Source of the DNA: an uncultured virus (IMG/VR IMGVR_UViG_3300010282_000326)
Lineage: Duplodnaviria > Heunggongvirae > Uroviricota > Caudoviricetes
Reading direction: 5' to 3' (one strand)
Length of the DNA stretch: 58,975 nt
Virus record (IMG/VR): IMGVR_UViG_3300010282_000326
Shown: piece after piece, positions 37,703 to 47,480 of the stretch
How positions within the stretch are numbered: position 1 is the first letter of the stretch
Layout: each line of letters opens with the position of its first letter
The notes under the pieces: model-generated
Databases searched by the model: none
The model's input: only the letters and a program-made list of their open reading frames with translations
What the model was told of the DNA's origin: nothing
Program-made: the position numbers and the translations under genes

Positions 37703-39195
37703 TGAAAAAGAGGTTTTTAGCAGGATGTTTGGTTGGTTTGGTGGTTTTAACCTCATTTAGTTCTTTATCAGTTTATGCTGATAAAAAGAAAACTACTGAA
37801 AAAACTACTGAGACTTCAACAGAAGTAACTACAGAAGGTAGTACAGAAGCAACAACAGAAAAAAGTAGTAAATCACAGGTATCAGAGGGGGATAAGAAGA
37901 AAGCAGAGGATACTTTTAAGAGTTCTTTAGGCTTATCAGATGAGCAATTATCGGTTGCAAAAGCCATGTGTGCAGTTTTACTTGCTGATGGCTTTACAGC
38001 AGAAGCTACCTCAGGAATAGTTGGAAATTGTTATGGTGAGTGTAGCTTTAATTCTAAAGCTTATGCTTATGATAATAGTGATAAACCAAATGATGTTAAT
38101 GGTGGTTTATTTGGTTTTACACCCATTAAAGATATGGTAGATAGTGATGGTTGTTGGGATGGTATTAAATGTAACCATGAGAAGTTTTTATATGGTGATA
38201 CTAAAGGTAGTCATAAGCAACAGAAAGCTTGTCCAGATGGTGGCTGTCAAGTTGCCTATATGTTAAAAGGGGTAGACACTAAGTTTGGGTGGTCAGGTTT
38301 TTATAATAAAGCTTGGAATAATTATATAGATGATTGTAAAAGTAAGATGACAGATGCAGATTTTTTTACTAAAAAGTTACCAGAAAACCCGACTTTAGCT
38401 CAATTAAAAGCAATGACTGAGTGGGATTCTGCAACTGTTGAATTTAATATTTGTTATGAAATCAGTTATGGAAATAATATTTTAATTAAGAAGAATAAAG
38501 CTTATCATGATACAACCTCATCAAGTGCAGCTTGTCATAAGTATTCTAGTAATAAGTTAAAGGGAGCAAAGGCTTGTTATGATTATTTAAAGGCAGTAGG
38601 TACTGTAACAGCAGATGGAAGTACAGCTAGTTCTAATATTTTATCTACTGACTCAGATAAGCAAGAAGCTGAGAATATGGCTTATGCATTAGCTACAAAT
38701 GGCTATTGGTCAGAGTCACAATTAGGTGAGTTTAATCGGTTATATGAAACTCAAGTTACTATATCAGGTAATCGAAGTAATTTTACATCTAAGGAGTTAA
38801 GTAGTCTTTCAGATTGGGAGCAAAATGTTCAAAAAATGAACGAGAAGGGTACACCTTTATACATAGTTAGAATTATAACTATGATAGTTGGAATCATCTT
38901 TACTATATGGATGATTTTAATTTATATAGCTTATTGGGTAGATAGATTAAATAATTTAATAGACATGGAATTATTAGGTCTGTTAACATTTAATAAGCTT
39001 AGATTATCAGATACTGAAGAGACTTGTGATTTTAGGTTATCAGGCTTAGGAAAAGGTGAGGCAAGGACTGTAAATCATAGGGCAATACTTGAAATATGTA
39101 TATTAGGTATTGCATTTGGAGCATTGATTATAAGTGGGTATCTCTATTTAGTAATATTGACTTTAGTACAAAAGGTTATAGAATTTTTACATTGA
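37702..39195 (+). CDS. exported paralog 3: phage-tail-lysozyme-like domain + conserved C-terminal membrane anchor
   Basis: GFTAEATSGIVGNCYGECSFN...GGLFGFT...ATVEFNICYE resembles Phage_lysozyme2; shared C-terminus. Confidence 0.7.
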   Translation: MKKRFLAGCLVGLVVLTSFSSLSVYADKKKTTEKTTETSTEVTTEGSTEATTEKSSKSQVSEGDKKKAEDTFKSSLGLSDEQLSVAKAMCAVLLADGFTAEATSGIVGNCYGECSFNSKAYAYDNSDKPNDVNGGLFGFTPIKDMVDSDGCWDGIKCNHEKFLYGDTKGSHKQQKACPDGGCQVAYMLKGVDTKFGWSGFYNKAWNNYIDDCKSKMTDADFFTKKLPENPTLAQLKAMTEWDSATVEFNICYEISYGNNILIKKNKAYHDTTSSSAACHKYSSNKLKGAKACYDYLKAVGTVTADGSTASSNILSTDSDKQEAENMAYALATNGYWSESQLGEFNRLYETQVTISGNRSNFTSKELSSLSDWEQNVQKMNEKGTPLYIVRIITMIVGIIFTIWMILIYIAYWVDRLNNLIDMELLGLLTFNKLRLSDTEETCDFRLSGLGKGEARTVNHRAILEICILGIAFGALIISGYLYLVILTLVQKVIEFLH

Positions 39196-39204
39196 GGTGA
39201 GTAA

Positions 39205-40758
39205 ATGAAAAAGTATTTAGTTTTAATATTATTAGCAACGACATTATTATGGGGTAGTGTTGATGTGTATGCTGATGATAAAAATAAAACTACTGAAGCA
39301 ACAACAGAGGATTCAAGTAGTGATACAAGTAGTGATACAAAGAAATCTTCTTCAGGTAATAATGGTAGTCCAAAAGATAATCCTTTTTGTAATTCAGGTG
39401 CACCAGTAGCATATAAGGAATTTAAATATTATGATTTTGCAGTTCCTTATAAGAAGACAATAAAGGAAATAGGTGGTTATGCTACAAGTGCAGAAACAAC
39501 AGGGTTGTACAGTTTTCATGGCTCTGATAACGATTGGGGTAATACTCAGCATGGTCTTTTGAATATCTTTAATACCACTACAGGTGACTTAAGTTCAAAT
39601 GTTTTTGATAGTAGTGGTTATGATGATAATTTAGGTGGTTTAATGTATGTAGAAAAGGATGGAGTTAGGTTTTATTGTGGTGCATTAGGACAAGGTTTAT
39701 ATGCAAATTCAGCTTTAGGTTGGTCTTTAAGTAATACAGGTTTGAGTTATGGTGGAGATTATGATAAATTAATGGGCAGTTATTATCCTTGTCAGGCAGG
39801 TCTATTATTCGATGTTATACTTAAAGATGGTACTCAATATCATTTTTGTGAGCAGTCAGCTATGGGTATTGGTCATTCCATAGGTGGAGAAAATGCTGGT
39901 CAGGATGGTATAAATTATAATAAGGCTAAATTAAATTATCAACAATATAAATGTTGTTGGCATACAGATAATCCTTGGCAATTAGTTGAGGTATCTGCTA
40001 AATCAGGCTCATCAACAGCAGGAATAGCTAAAGCAATGGGTATATCAGATGAAAATCCAGTTATGTATATAAGAGTTTGGGTTGCGAGTTTATATATGAT
40101 AGGTAATAGTGGAAAAAAGGCTTCAACATTTGCAAGCGATAAAGATGGTGTGTCTAAAGGTACAGAATTGTCAGAGGGTAGTCCAGATGATTCTTCTTCA
40201 GACCCAGTTGATGGAGCAGCTGAGGGTACTACTAGTGCACAATATTTAGCAAATGGTTATTGGAGTGAGGAACAACTTGCTGTAGTTACTAAGATAAATG
40301 AAGATTTTATAAATTTAACTGCATCAAGAAATGATTTTACAAGTAAGGAACTTGGAGCATTATCTGATTGGGAACAGAATGTTCACAAGATGAATGAAAA
40401 AGATTCAATATTCTATTATGTCAGAATTATAACAATGATTATAGGTATTATATTTACTGTTTGGATGTTGCTAATTTATATAGCATACTGGTTTGATAGG
40501 CTTAATAATATAATTGATATAGATTTACTTCCAATATTAACATTTCATAGATTGCGTTTAAGTGATACAGAAGAGACTTGTACTTTCCGAGCTTCAGACT
40601 TGGCTAAGACTGATACTCGTACTGTCAATCATAGAGCGATATTAGGTATATGTATTGTTGGTGTTGCTTTTGGAGCATTAGTAATTAGTGGCACATTATA
40701 TGTAGCAATTATGACATTAGTTCAAAAAGTATTCAATTTACTTGGAATAGGTGGTTAA
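39205..40758 (+). CDS. exported paralog 4: unassigned central domain + conserved C-terminal membrane anchor
   Basis: Signal peptide; DGVRFYCGALG...GLLFDVILKDGT segment (possibly a 3D/double-psi-barrel-like wall enzyme); shared C-terminus. Confidence 0.65.
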   Translation: MKKYLVLILLATTLLWGSVDVYADDKNKTTEATTEDSSSDTSSDTKKSSSGNNGSPKDNPFCNSGAPVAYKEFKYYDFAVPYKKTIKEIGGYATSAETTGLYSFHGSDNDWGNTQHGLLNIFNTTTGDLSSNVFDSSGYDDNLGGLMYVEKDGVRFYCGALGQGLYANSALGWSLSNTGLSYGGDYDKLMGSYYPCQAGLLFDVILKDGTQYHFCEQSAMGIGHSIGGENAGQDGINYNKAKLNYQQYKCCWHTDNPWQLVEVSAKSGSSTAGIAKAMGISDENPVMYIRVWVASLYMIGNSGKKASTFASDKDGVSKGTELSEGSPDDSSSDPVDGAAEGTTSAQYLANGYWSEEQLAVVTKINEDFINLTASRNDFTSKELGALSDWEQNVHKMNEKDSIFYYVRIITMIIGIIFTVWMLLIYIAYWFDRLNNIIDIDLLPILTFHRLRLSDTEETCTFRASDLAKTDTRTVNHRAILGICIVGVAFGALVISGTLYVAIMTLVQKVFNLLGIGG

Positions 40759-43700
40759 GATGAATTATATTAATTTAGTAGCATTATTAAAAGCTATGCA
40801 TCAAATAAAAAATGTTGAAGTCTATGGTAGAATTATTAGCAGGTTAAAAAGACCTGCTAATATTATGGAAAGTGTCCAAGTAGATGAAACAAAGGGTATG
40901 TTTGTTAAAGTTGATGTATTTGCAGTTAGATTATCAGGCATACAAAAATATCTGAAGGATTGTGGCTATTACGCAAAGAATGATATTTATATGGTTAATG
41001 GTCAACTTATCACATATATAGAAGCAAATAAGTATGTTTTACCTGATTGGTACTATATGAGGGGTACTTTAGCTTCTTCTCAGGTGCAACCAGACTATAT
41101 TTCTTTGTTCAAATGGGGTAAGACTGGGGCTGGTTGGAGCATCAGTTTTACAGAACTTGGTGATTTCGTATTTCAAGAGTTTGAGCATGATAATGATATG
41201 AATTCATATATTCATAAGTCATTTCAGGAGAATATTGTTGTAAGACCAGATTATGTTAATAATCTTCAGAAGTTCTATGCAGTAGACCCACGCACATTAA
41301 ACAATCAACCAGTTGTAGAAAATAAGTCTTTAAATGCTCAAATTCAGCAAAGTTTAAATAATGTTCAAATAACTACAACTGTATCGAATTCGAGTTTTGT
41401 GCAGGAAAGTAGACAAGATATAAAAGATTATTCAACATTGGCAACAAAACTTAAAGATGACCTTAAAAAGGCTAAGTCCTCTAGAACTTCATTCATTCAA
41501 AATCTTATTTCAAAGTATGAAATTGAAGATGAAATTACTGACTATATAATGTACACCATTGATGGTGTAAGGTCATTTTTGAAATCAAAGCCAGTTAAAG
41601 ATGCATCAACAGGACGAATGCTTCTAAAGGGGTACTTAAATAATTTTGGTAAAGATATGGATGCTGAGTATTTAGGTACAACAGTTAAATCGTTCTTAAT
41701 TGATGATTTTGATGAAGTTGCTGATTTTATGGTATCGGGAGATAGGGTTAATTGTCATAAAGAAGCTTGGGCTATGTGTAAGAAAGCTTTTGGTAATCCA
41801 GAGTTGTTTTATGCAGGTATTTTAGGTCAAGTAGTTGGTGTTAGTTTTGATAAACTTGAACCAGTAGTTAATTTATGTAGTGATTATGAATTATCTTTCA
41901 GTAAGATTGTAAATGAAAATCCTTATTTACTTCAAGTGTTAAGTACTTTAGATTATTCAGCTATAGAACATATTGCTTTGTGTGTAGGTAAGGCAAATGA
42001 CCGTAGTATAGATAAGGAAAGAAATATAGCTGTTTTACATTCTTATATTTTAAATACAAGGGGTAATACGGTATTTAAGATTTCAGATTTATATAAAAAG
42101 CCTATAGGTGTTGCATTAAGTAAGGCTAAATATGAGTCTTGTAGAGATAGGGGTACTTATTTATCGAACAATACTTTGGCTAATTTGAAATATTTTATTC
42201 GAGAAGACGAATCTGAAGTCGGATATAATTTATCTGGTGGTTGGCAGTACTTTAATTATCAGTATTGCTTGCGATTAACTCCAAGAGAGTTAAATGATGC
42301 TATTAAAGATTATACAAATTCAGGTATAGGTGTGACATTTGATAATTATATAACTTCTTCCAGCTACTTAGATAAAGAATTATATGTTTATGAACATCTT
42401 TACGAGATGGGAAATGTTAAAATAGATTATGATGTAAATGAAATAGAAAGGTATATTGCTGAGTATGAAGCACAAGTAGGCTTTAAGTTGGAGGAAAATC
42501 AGCGTAAAGCTGTACATCTCTGTACAAGGGGTAGTGCTATTATAGCAGGTAGTGCAGGAAGTGGTAAAACTACTGTTTCAAATTGTATAGTTTATGTATT
42601 AGATAAGTTAGAGAGAGGACATGCAACTTTTAAGTTTGCGACTCCAACTGGTAAGGCAGCTAAGAGATTACAAGAAGTTGTTAAAAAACCAGTTAAGACT
42701 ATGAATAGCTTATTCAAAATATTTGGTACTGAATCAAGTATTCTTGATGAGGATAAAGGTGATGCTTCTGATGAAGGTATATTTTATTTCTTTGATGAAG
42801 GGGCTATGGTAACAATAGACTTATTATACTCGGTATTAAAGAGAATAAGTACAAATAACAGAATATTTTTCTTTGGTGACTTTCATCAATTACCACCTAT
42901 AGGTAAGGGTTTGCCTTTTAGAAATCTTTTAAGGTTTATGCCTTGTGTTTTCTTAACAGTATCTAAAAGGGCTGAGGAAGGTTCAAATATTACAAGAAAT
43001 TCTAATTATATCAATGAGAATAGTGATATGAATTGGAAGAATCTTGTGAGTGAAGGAGATTTTATTCTTTGTCCTTGTAGTGATGATATGGTAAAAGATA
43101 TAACTGTAGGTCTATGTAAGCATTATCTTGGTCAGAATACTATAAATGAAGACCAAAACTTAATGAAATTGATGAATGTTACTTCTTTACCAGATATACC
43201 TAATTTAAAGCCGAGTGATATTCAAGTAGTTAGTCCATTAGCAAAAGCATCTTATGATTGGGGTACTATAAGATTAAACACACTATTACAGCCTATATTT
43301 AATAGTAATCGAGGTGTAAAGAACACATTTTTCTATCAGCCAAGTAAAGATTCATATATAAAATTTTTAATTGGAGATAGAGTAATACATTCTGAGTCTA
43401 ATATGTATAGTATGCAATGGTATGAATCTTATACTGGAGGTCAATTTGTAAAGACTTTTGGTTTTGGTATTTGTAATGGAGATGTTGGAAAATTGGTTGC
43501 AGTTTATCCATCAAGTCAGTGTATTTTTATGGAAGAACAGACATTACCACCAGCAGATTTTGAATATCCTCAGACTATGCGTGATGATTCAACATATTCA
43601 GGTGAAAATCTATATTTTCTTGTTGTTGAATATTTTGATTATATCACGAATAAGAATTATTATATACTATATAGATGTAGGCTTTCTGATTATAGTAATG

Positions 43701-43996
43701 ATTATGGATTAGCTTTAACTGGTGAGGATTTCTCTAAATTAAACTTATTCTATGCAGGTACAACTCATAAACTTCAAGGTAGTCAAGCAAAGCTGATAAT
43801 TTCTGTTTTAAAGAAAGTTAACTATCAACATTTTATAACACGAAATATGATGTACACTGTTTTTACTAGGGCAGAAAAGCAAGTATTTGCTATAGGTTCT
43901 GTTTCTAATGATAGAAACTCTATGTTATCTATCGCAAGAAGAGATGTAGCTGAGGAAGATGTGCTTACAATAGGAGAATTATTATATAAAGTGTAA
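40751..43996 (+). CDS. RecD2-like superfamily 1B DNA helicase with long N-terminal region
   Basis: GSAGSGKTT, TPTGKAAKRL, DEGAMV, GDFHQLPPIG, NGDVG, TTHKLQGSQ, YTVFTRA; ENPY motif. Confidence 0.92.
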   Translation: MVKMNYINLVALLKAMHQIKNVEVYGRIISRLKRPANIMESVQVDETKGMFVKVDVFAVRLSGIQKYLKDCGYYAKNDIYMVNGQLITYIEANKYVLPDWYYMRGTLASSQVQPDYISLFKWGKTGAGWSISFTELGDFVFQEFEHDNDMNSYIHKSFQENIVVRPDYVNNLQKFYAVDPRTLNNQPVVENKSLNAQIQQSLNNVQITTTVSNSSFVQESRQDIKDYSTLATKLKDDLKKAKSSRTSFIQNLISKYEIEDEITDYIMYTIDGVRSFLKSKPVKDASTGRMLLKGYLNNFGKDMDAEYLGTTVKSFLIDDFDEVADFMVSGDRVNCHKEAWAMCKKAFGNPELFYAGILGQVVGVSFDKLEPVVNLCSDYELSFSKIVNENPYLLQVLSTLDYSAIEHIALCVGKANDRSIDKERNIAVLHSYILNTRGNTVFKISDLYKKPIGVALSKAKYESCRDRGTYLSNNTLANLKYFIREDESEVGYNLSGGWQYFNYQYCLRLTPRELNDAIKDYTNSGIGVTFDNYITSSSYLDKELYVYEHLYEMGNVKIDYDVNEIERYIAEYEAQVGFKLEENQRKAVHLCTRGSAIIAGSAGSGKTTVSNCIVYVLDKLERGHATFKFATPTGKAAKRLQEVVKKPVKTMNSLFKIFGTESSILDEDKGDASDEGIFYFFDEGAMVTIDLLYSVLKRISTNNRIFFFGDFHQLPPIGKGLPFRNLLRFMPCVFLTVSKRAEEGSNITRNSNYINENSDMNWKNLVSEGDFILCPCSDDMVKDITVGLCKHYLGQNTINEDQNLMKLMNVTSLPDIPNLKPSDIQVVSPLAKASYDWGTIRLNTLLQPIFNSNRGVKNTFFYQPSKDSYIKFLIGDRVIHSESNMYSMQWYESYTGGQFVKTFGFGICNGDVGKLVAVYPSSQCIFMEEQTLPPADFEYPQTMRDDSTYSGENLYFLVVEYFDYITNKNYYILYRCRLSDYSNDYGLALTGEDFSKLNLFYAGTTHKLQGSQAKLIISVLKKVNYQHFITRNMMYTVFTRAEKQVFAIGSVSNDRNSMLSIARRDVAEEDVLTIGELLYKV

Positions 43997-44050
43997 TTTC
44001 TGAATATTATGGATAGCAGTAAAATATCATTATAGAAAGGAGTATTAAAA

Positions 44051-44344
44051 TTGAATATCTACGATATTTCTTGTACTTTTGAGGAATATCATCACATCGA
44101 TGGGGTTTGGCAGAAGACTGACGAAAGCTGTACAAAGACCAGCAGTTCGGTTATAGCCAATATGCTTGAATGTAGTCGATATTTTACTAGTTTAGGGGGT
44201 CAGATGAAGACTTACTTTGTTAGAAATCGAAGGTTTGGCGAAGTTTGTAGCAAGATTATGAGTATATCAATATGTGGGACAGTTTGTAGGATTTACTCTT
44301 TCAGTTATAATAATGCAAGAAGAGCAGTAGAGGGCAATCTGTAA
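44051..44344 (+). CDS. hypothetical protein
   Basis: AAAGGAG RBS before a TTG start. Confidence 0.6.
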   Translation: MNIYDISCTFEEYHHIDGVWQKTDESCTKTSSSVIANMLECSRYFTSLGGQMKTYFVRNRRFGEVCSKIMSISICGTVCRIYSFSYNNARRAVEGNL

Positions 44345-44383
44345 AAGGTTGCCCTTAATATATGTAAAGGAGAAAGCAATTAA

Positions 44384-44578
44384 ATGAATGGACAACTTGA
44401 TTTAATTGCTAGTGATGAAGATTTCGATATTTTTATGCAGAAAGCAGAAGAAACTTTGTTAGTTATGAATAGTGATGTAAAGGATGAGTTAAAAGTAAAG
44501 AGGGAAGATAAGCACGAAAAATTGTCTTTGAAATCAATATTTAAGCCTACTGGTACAGGTGGTTGGCACAGCGTTTAA
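44384..44578 (+). CDS. small hypothetical protein
   Basis: AAAGGAG RBS. Confidence 0.55.
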   Translation: MNGQLDLIASDEDFDIFMQKAEETLLVMNSDVKDELKVKREDKHEKLSLKSIFKPTGTGGWHSV

Positions 44579-44630
44579 TGTTTTCTGTAATATCATCTAT
44601 AAAGTATAGTTAAATCTTTGAGGTGATTTT

Positions 44631-45434
44631 ATGCGACAGAATGAGGTATTTCCTTACTATAGAAAATGTTGTGATGAATTAGAAAAGCAGTATTATTATA
44701 TGCAGACTTTGTTTAACGACCAATATGTAGATGAACTTTGTGCTATGCGTGGTTATGTAGATGAGCATCAAAGAAATCTAATTGCAGAAATGAAGTTGGG
44801 GTACTGTCAGATTGAAGATACTGATTCTCTTGGCGATATGCGTAGAGAATTAGGTTTAGTTTCTAAAAAGGATAATTTTCTTTTAAATGAGCGTTTTATA
44901 GTTCCAGTTCATAATGTTGAGAATAGAATAGTTGCTTTAATAGGCTATTTAAATGATAAAAAGAAGTATATAACAACTCCATCTCCTTATTTTAGTAAGG
45001 AATGTATGTTTTTTAATTTCCATCAGGCTTATGAATTAAGTTGGAAAGAATATAATGGATTTGTTATATTGGTTGAGGGTATCTTTGATTGTTTATCATT
45101 AAGAAGTATTGGACTTCCTTGTATTGCAACTATGGGTGCTTCAGTATCAAAGATTAAATGTGAATTATTAAAACTATTTAAGAAAGTTTTAGCTATACCA
45201 GATGATGATGCTACTGGTAGAAAAGCTTTGAATAGATATTCTAAGTTTGGTTGGCAAGTACCATTTAACACAACCTTTTTAAAGTTTCTTGGTGGAGAGG
45301 TTGATTTTGGTTCTGACAAGCTACATTGTAAGGATATGGATAATTTTGTATCTTGGTTTGAACCAGATGATGTTAGAGAAATATTGCTTAGTTATTATGA
45401 TAGCAAGGAAGATATAGAAGTTTTAAAGTTATAG
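44631..45434 (+). CDS. DnaG-type primase catalytic core (Toprim), no N-terminal zinc-binding domain
   Basis: ERFIVPV, KYITTP...FSK, LVEGIFD, ATMGA, PDDDATG, KDMD. Confidence 0.88.
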   Translation: MRQNEVFPYYRKCCDELEKQYYYMQTLFNDQYVDELCAMRGYVDEHQRNLIAEMKLGYCQIEDTDSLGDMRRELGLVSKKDNFLLNERFIVPVHNVENRIVALIGYLNDKKKYITTPSPYFSKECMFFNFHQAYELSWKEYNGFVILVEGIFDCLSLRSIGLPCIATMGASVSKIKCELLKLFKKVLAIPDDDATGRKALNRYSKFGWQVPFNTTFLKFLGGEVDFGSDKLHCKDMDNFVSWFEPDDVREILLSYYDSKEDIEVLKL

Positions 45435-45442
45435 GTGATTTT

Positions 45443-46165
45443 ATGGGCTTAGCGAAGTTAGTTGCAGAAAGTAGTGTAAATAGGTTTGTAATTTCATACG
45501 CAGGTAGAATGCAGTTTTCTAATGTTTCAAAGACAAATAAGGCTCTTTGTTTTGTATTAAATAAGGGGTACTTTGAAATAGATACTAAAGAGGATTTTGA
45601 TTCTCTTTTATCTACTATTAAGTCTTATGATACTGTAGTTCCAGTAGGAGATATGGAGGCTGTAAGATTAGCTGATGGTGCTATAATATATCGTCAACGA
45701 GTATATTATACAAGTTTGTATCAAGTGTTGAAATTATCTAAAGAGTTTGCTTTGGGTATAGCATTAGATTCTAATTTTGGTATAAAAATACAGAATATAC
45801 TTGGGGTATGCGATTATTTAAAGTATATAGAAGTTTATGCTGAAGGTAAAGAAAAACTTATTGACACATATTTGACTAATTGTCTTACAATACAGTTATA
45901 TAATGTTGTAGAACAGTTTGGTTTGTATTCAAATTTAGGAGAGAATGTTGAGTCTATACTTGAGAATAAAAAGGGTTATATGGATAGAGCACCTTTTCTT
46001 TTAAGTACCTTGTGTAAAAAGGAAAAGAAATCTTCGATATTTTTACCATTGAATTTTAGTGATGAAAGAATGTATAGTATCACTGTAGATGATAGAAAAA
46101 TATTAAATTATGGCTTTACTTTATCTAATTTAAAGGGGGACATGAAGAAAGGTGTGTTTAAATGA
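45443..46165 (+). CDS. hypothetical protein
   Basis: AGGTGA RBS; 240 aa. Confidence 0.65.
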   Translation: MGLAKLVAESSVNRFVISYAGRMQFSNVSKTNKALCFVLNKGYFEIDTKEDFDSLLSTIKSYDTVVPVGDMEAVRLADGAIIYRQRVYYTSLYQVLKLSKEFALGIALDSNFGIKIQNILGVCDYLKYIEVYAEGKEKLIDTYLTNCLTIQLYNVVEQFGLYSNLGENVESILENKKGYMDRAPFLLSTLCKKEKKSSIFLPLNFSDERMYSITVDDRKILNYGFTLSNLKGDMKKGVFK

Positions 46166-47064
46166 ATATAAGAGCAGATAATCATGTACAGTCTTTAGAT
46201 GATGAAATTAAGATTTTTGATGATGACCGATGGGACTTGTTAGATATATCGGATAATTCATTAAATTTTGAATTTTTTAATGAGTTTGAAGATACTAAGG
46301 AGTTTGAGTCACAAAGATTAAACTTTATATTGACTGTTTCTCAGATTGTTAGCTTAGTTATATTTGCTTGTTTGTTACTTTTGGGGTTTGCTTCAAAGAT
46401 AGGATTTTTTGATAAATCTGGCTTGGATGAAGCTCAACATATAGCAAGTTATGAATCTGATACTAAAATTAAATATGTAGAGGGTACTGATGGAACTAAT
46501 GAAGATATTATTGAAACTTCTAAAGTTCTTGGAAATTATTTCAATGTACTTAAAAATGAGTCAGATTATGCTCTCCTTGATGATTGTTGCTTGACTTCTT
46601 CAACATATAAGCAAAATTATGATAATTATATTGCTAATATGGTAGATAATTATGATATGAATGATTGTTATGCAAGAGCATTAAAATCTATTGGAGGTGA
46701 GTGTAGGTTAAATAAAGTTAATAAAGTTATAGTTAAGGATAACTTATATTACTGTTATGTTAATTTAAACATGCCATCTTACATAGATATGTATGAATAT
46801 ATTTATATGCATCAGTATCATTTTACTAAACATTTTAATACTGTTGATGTTACTCAGGCTAATGTTTTACGCTATTTCTTACAAGTAATTGAGGAAGATA
46901 GGGTTCCTATGACTTCTAAGGAATATTGTATTGTATTCAGTAAGGATTCTAATGGAAGTTTAAAGATACAAGATGATAGTCAAATATATGATGAAGTATC
47001 ATCTATTTACACAGTTTCGATTCAGCAGATTATACAGTTACTTGAAGGTACTTTAACTAATTGA
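46162..47064 (+). CDS. single-pass membrane protein
   Basis: TM helix at about aa 55-80. Confidence 0.7.
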   Translation: MNIRADNHVQSLDDEIKIFDDDRWDLLDISDNSLNFEFFNEFEDTKEFESQRLNFILTVSQIVSLVIFACLLLLGFASKIGFFDKSGLDEAQHIASYESDTKIKYVEGTDGTNEDIIETSKVLGNYFNVLKNESDYALLDDCCLTSSTYKQNYDNYIANMVDNYDMNDCYARALKSIGGECRLNKVNKVIVKDNLYYCYVNLNMPSYIDMYEYIYMHQYHFTKHFNTVDVTQANVLRYFLQVIEEDRVPMTSKEYCIVFSKDSNGSLKIQDDSQIYDEVSSIYTVSIQQIIQLLEGTLTN

Positions 47065-47480
47065 GATTATTCTATGTTTGTCGACTCGGTTATAAATTAT
47101 TTGTCATCGCAAGGGGTATAAAACAAACTTGGCAATGATGCTTATATTGTTGTCAAGTTTGTTATTCTCCGATTAAGTTGACGCTTAAGTTGTATTATAT
47201 TATATGTAATTTGTTTTCGGTATTATTTTCTACCGTCTTGGTGGAAATATACATACAGTCAGTTCTACAGTGACTAATCTGTAGTGTCAAATTGCCCAAT
47301 TTGCAAAAATTACTCAATATGTCAAATGAACAACGAAGGTTAGATGAAAATCAATCTATCGAGTTTCAAATGAACAATTGAAAAATTATGCAAACTAAGC
47401 AAAGGGCGATTTGGTTTAACCAAGTTGCCTATTTTAAACTATCAATCTATCAAATTACCAAACTAAGGAGGTAAAAAACA

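Noticed and set aside
33978..40758. Diversity-generating retroelement or invertible shufflon behind the paralog cassette
   Set aside because: No reverse transcriptase or recombinase nearby, all copies are complete and co-oriented, and the shared regions have diverged at synonymous sites
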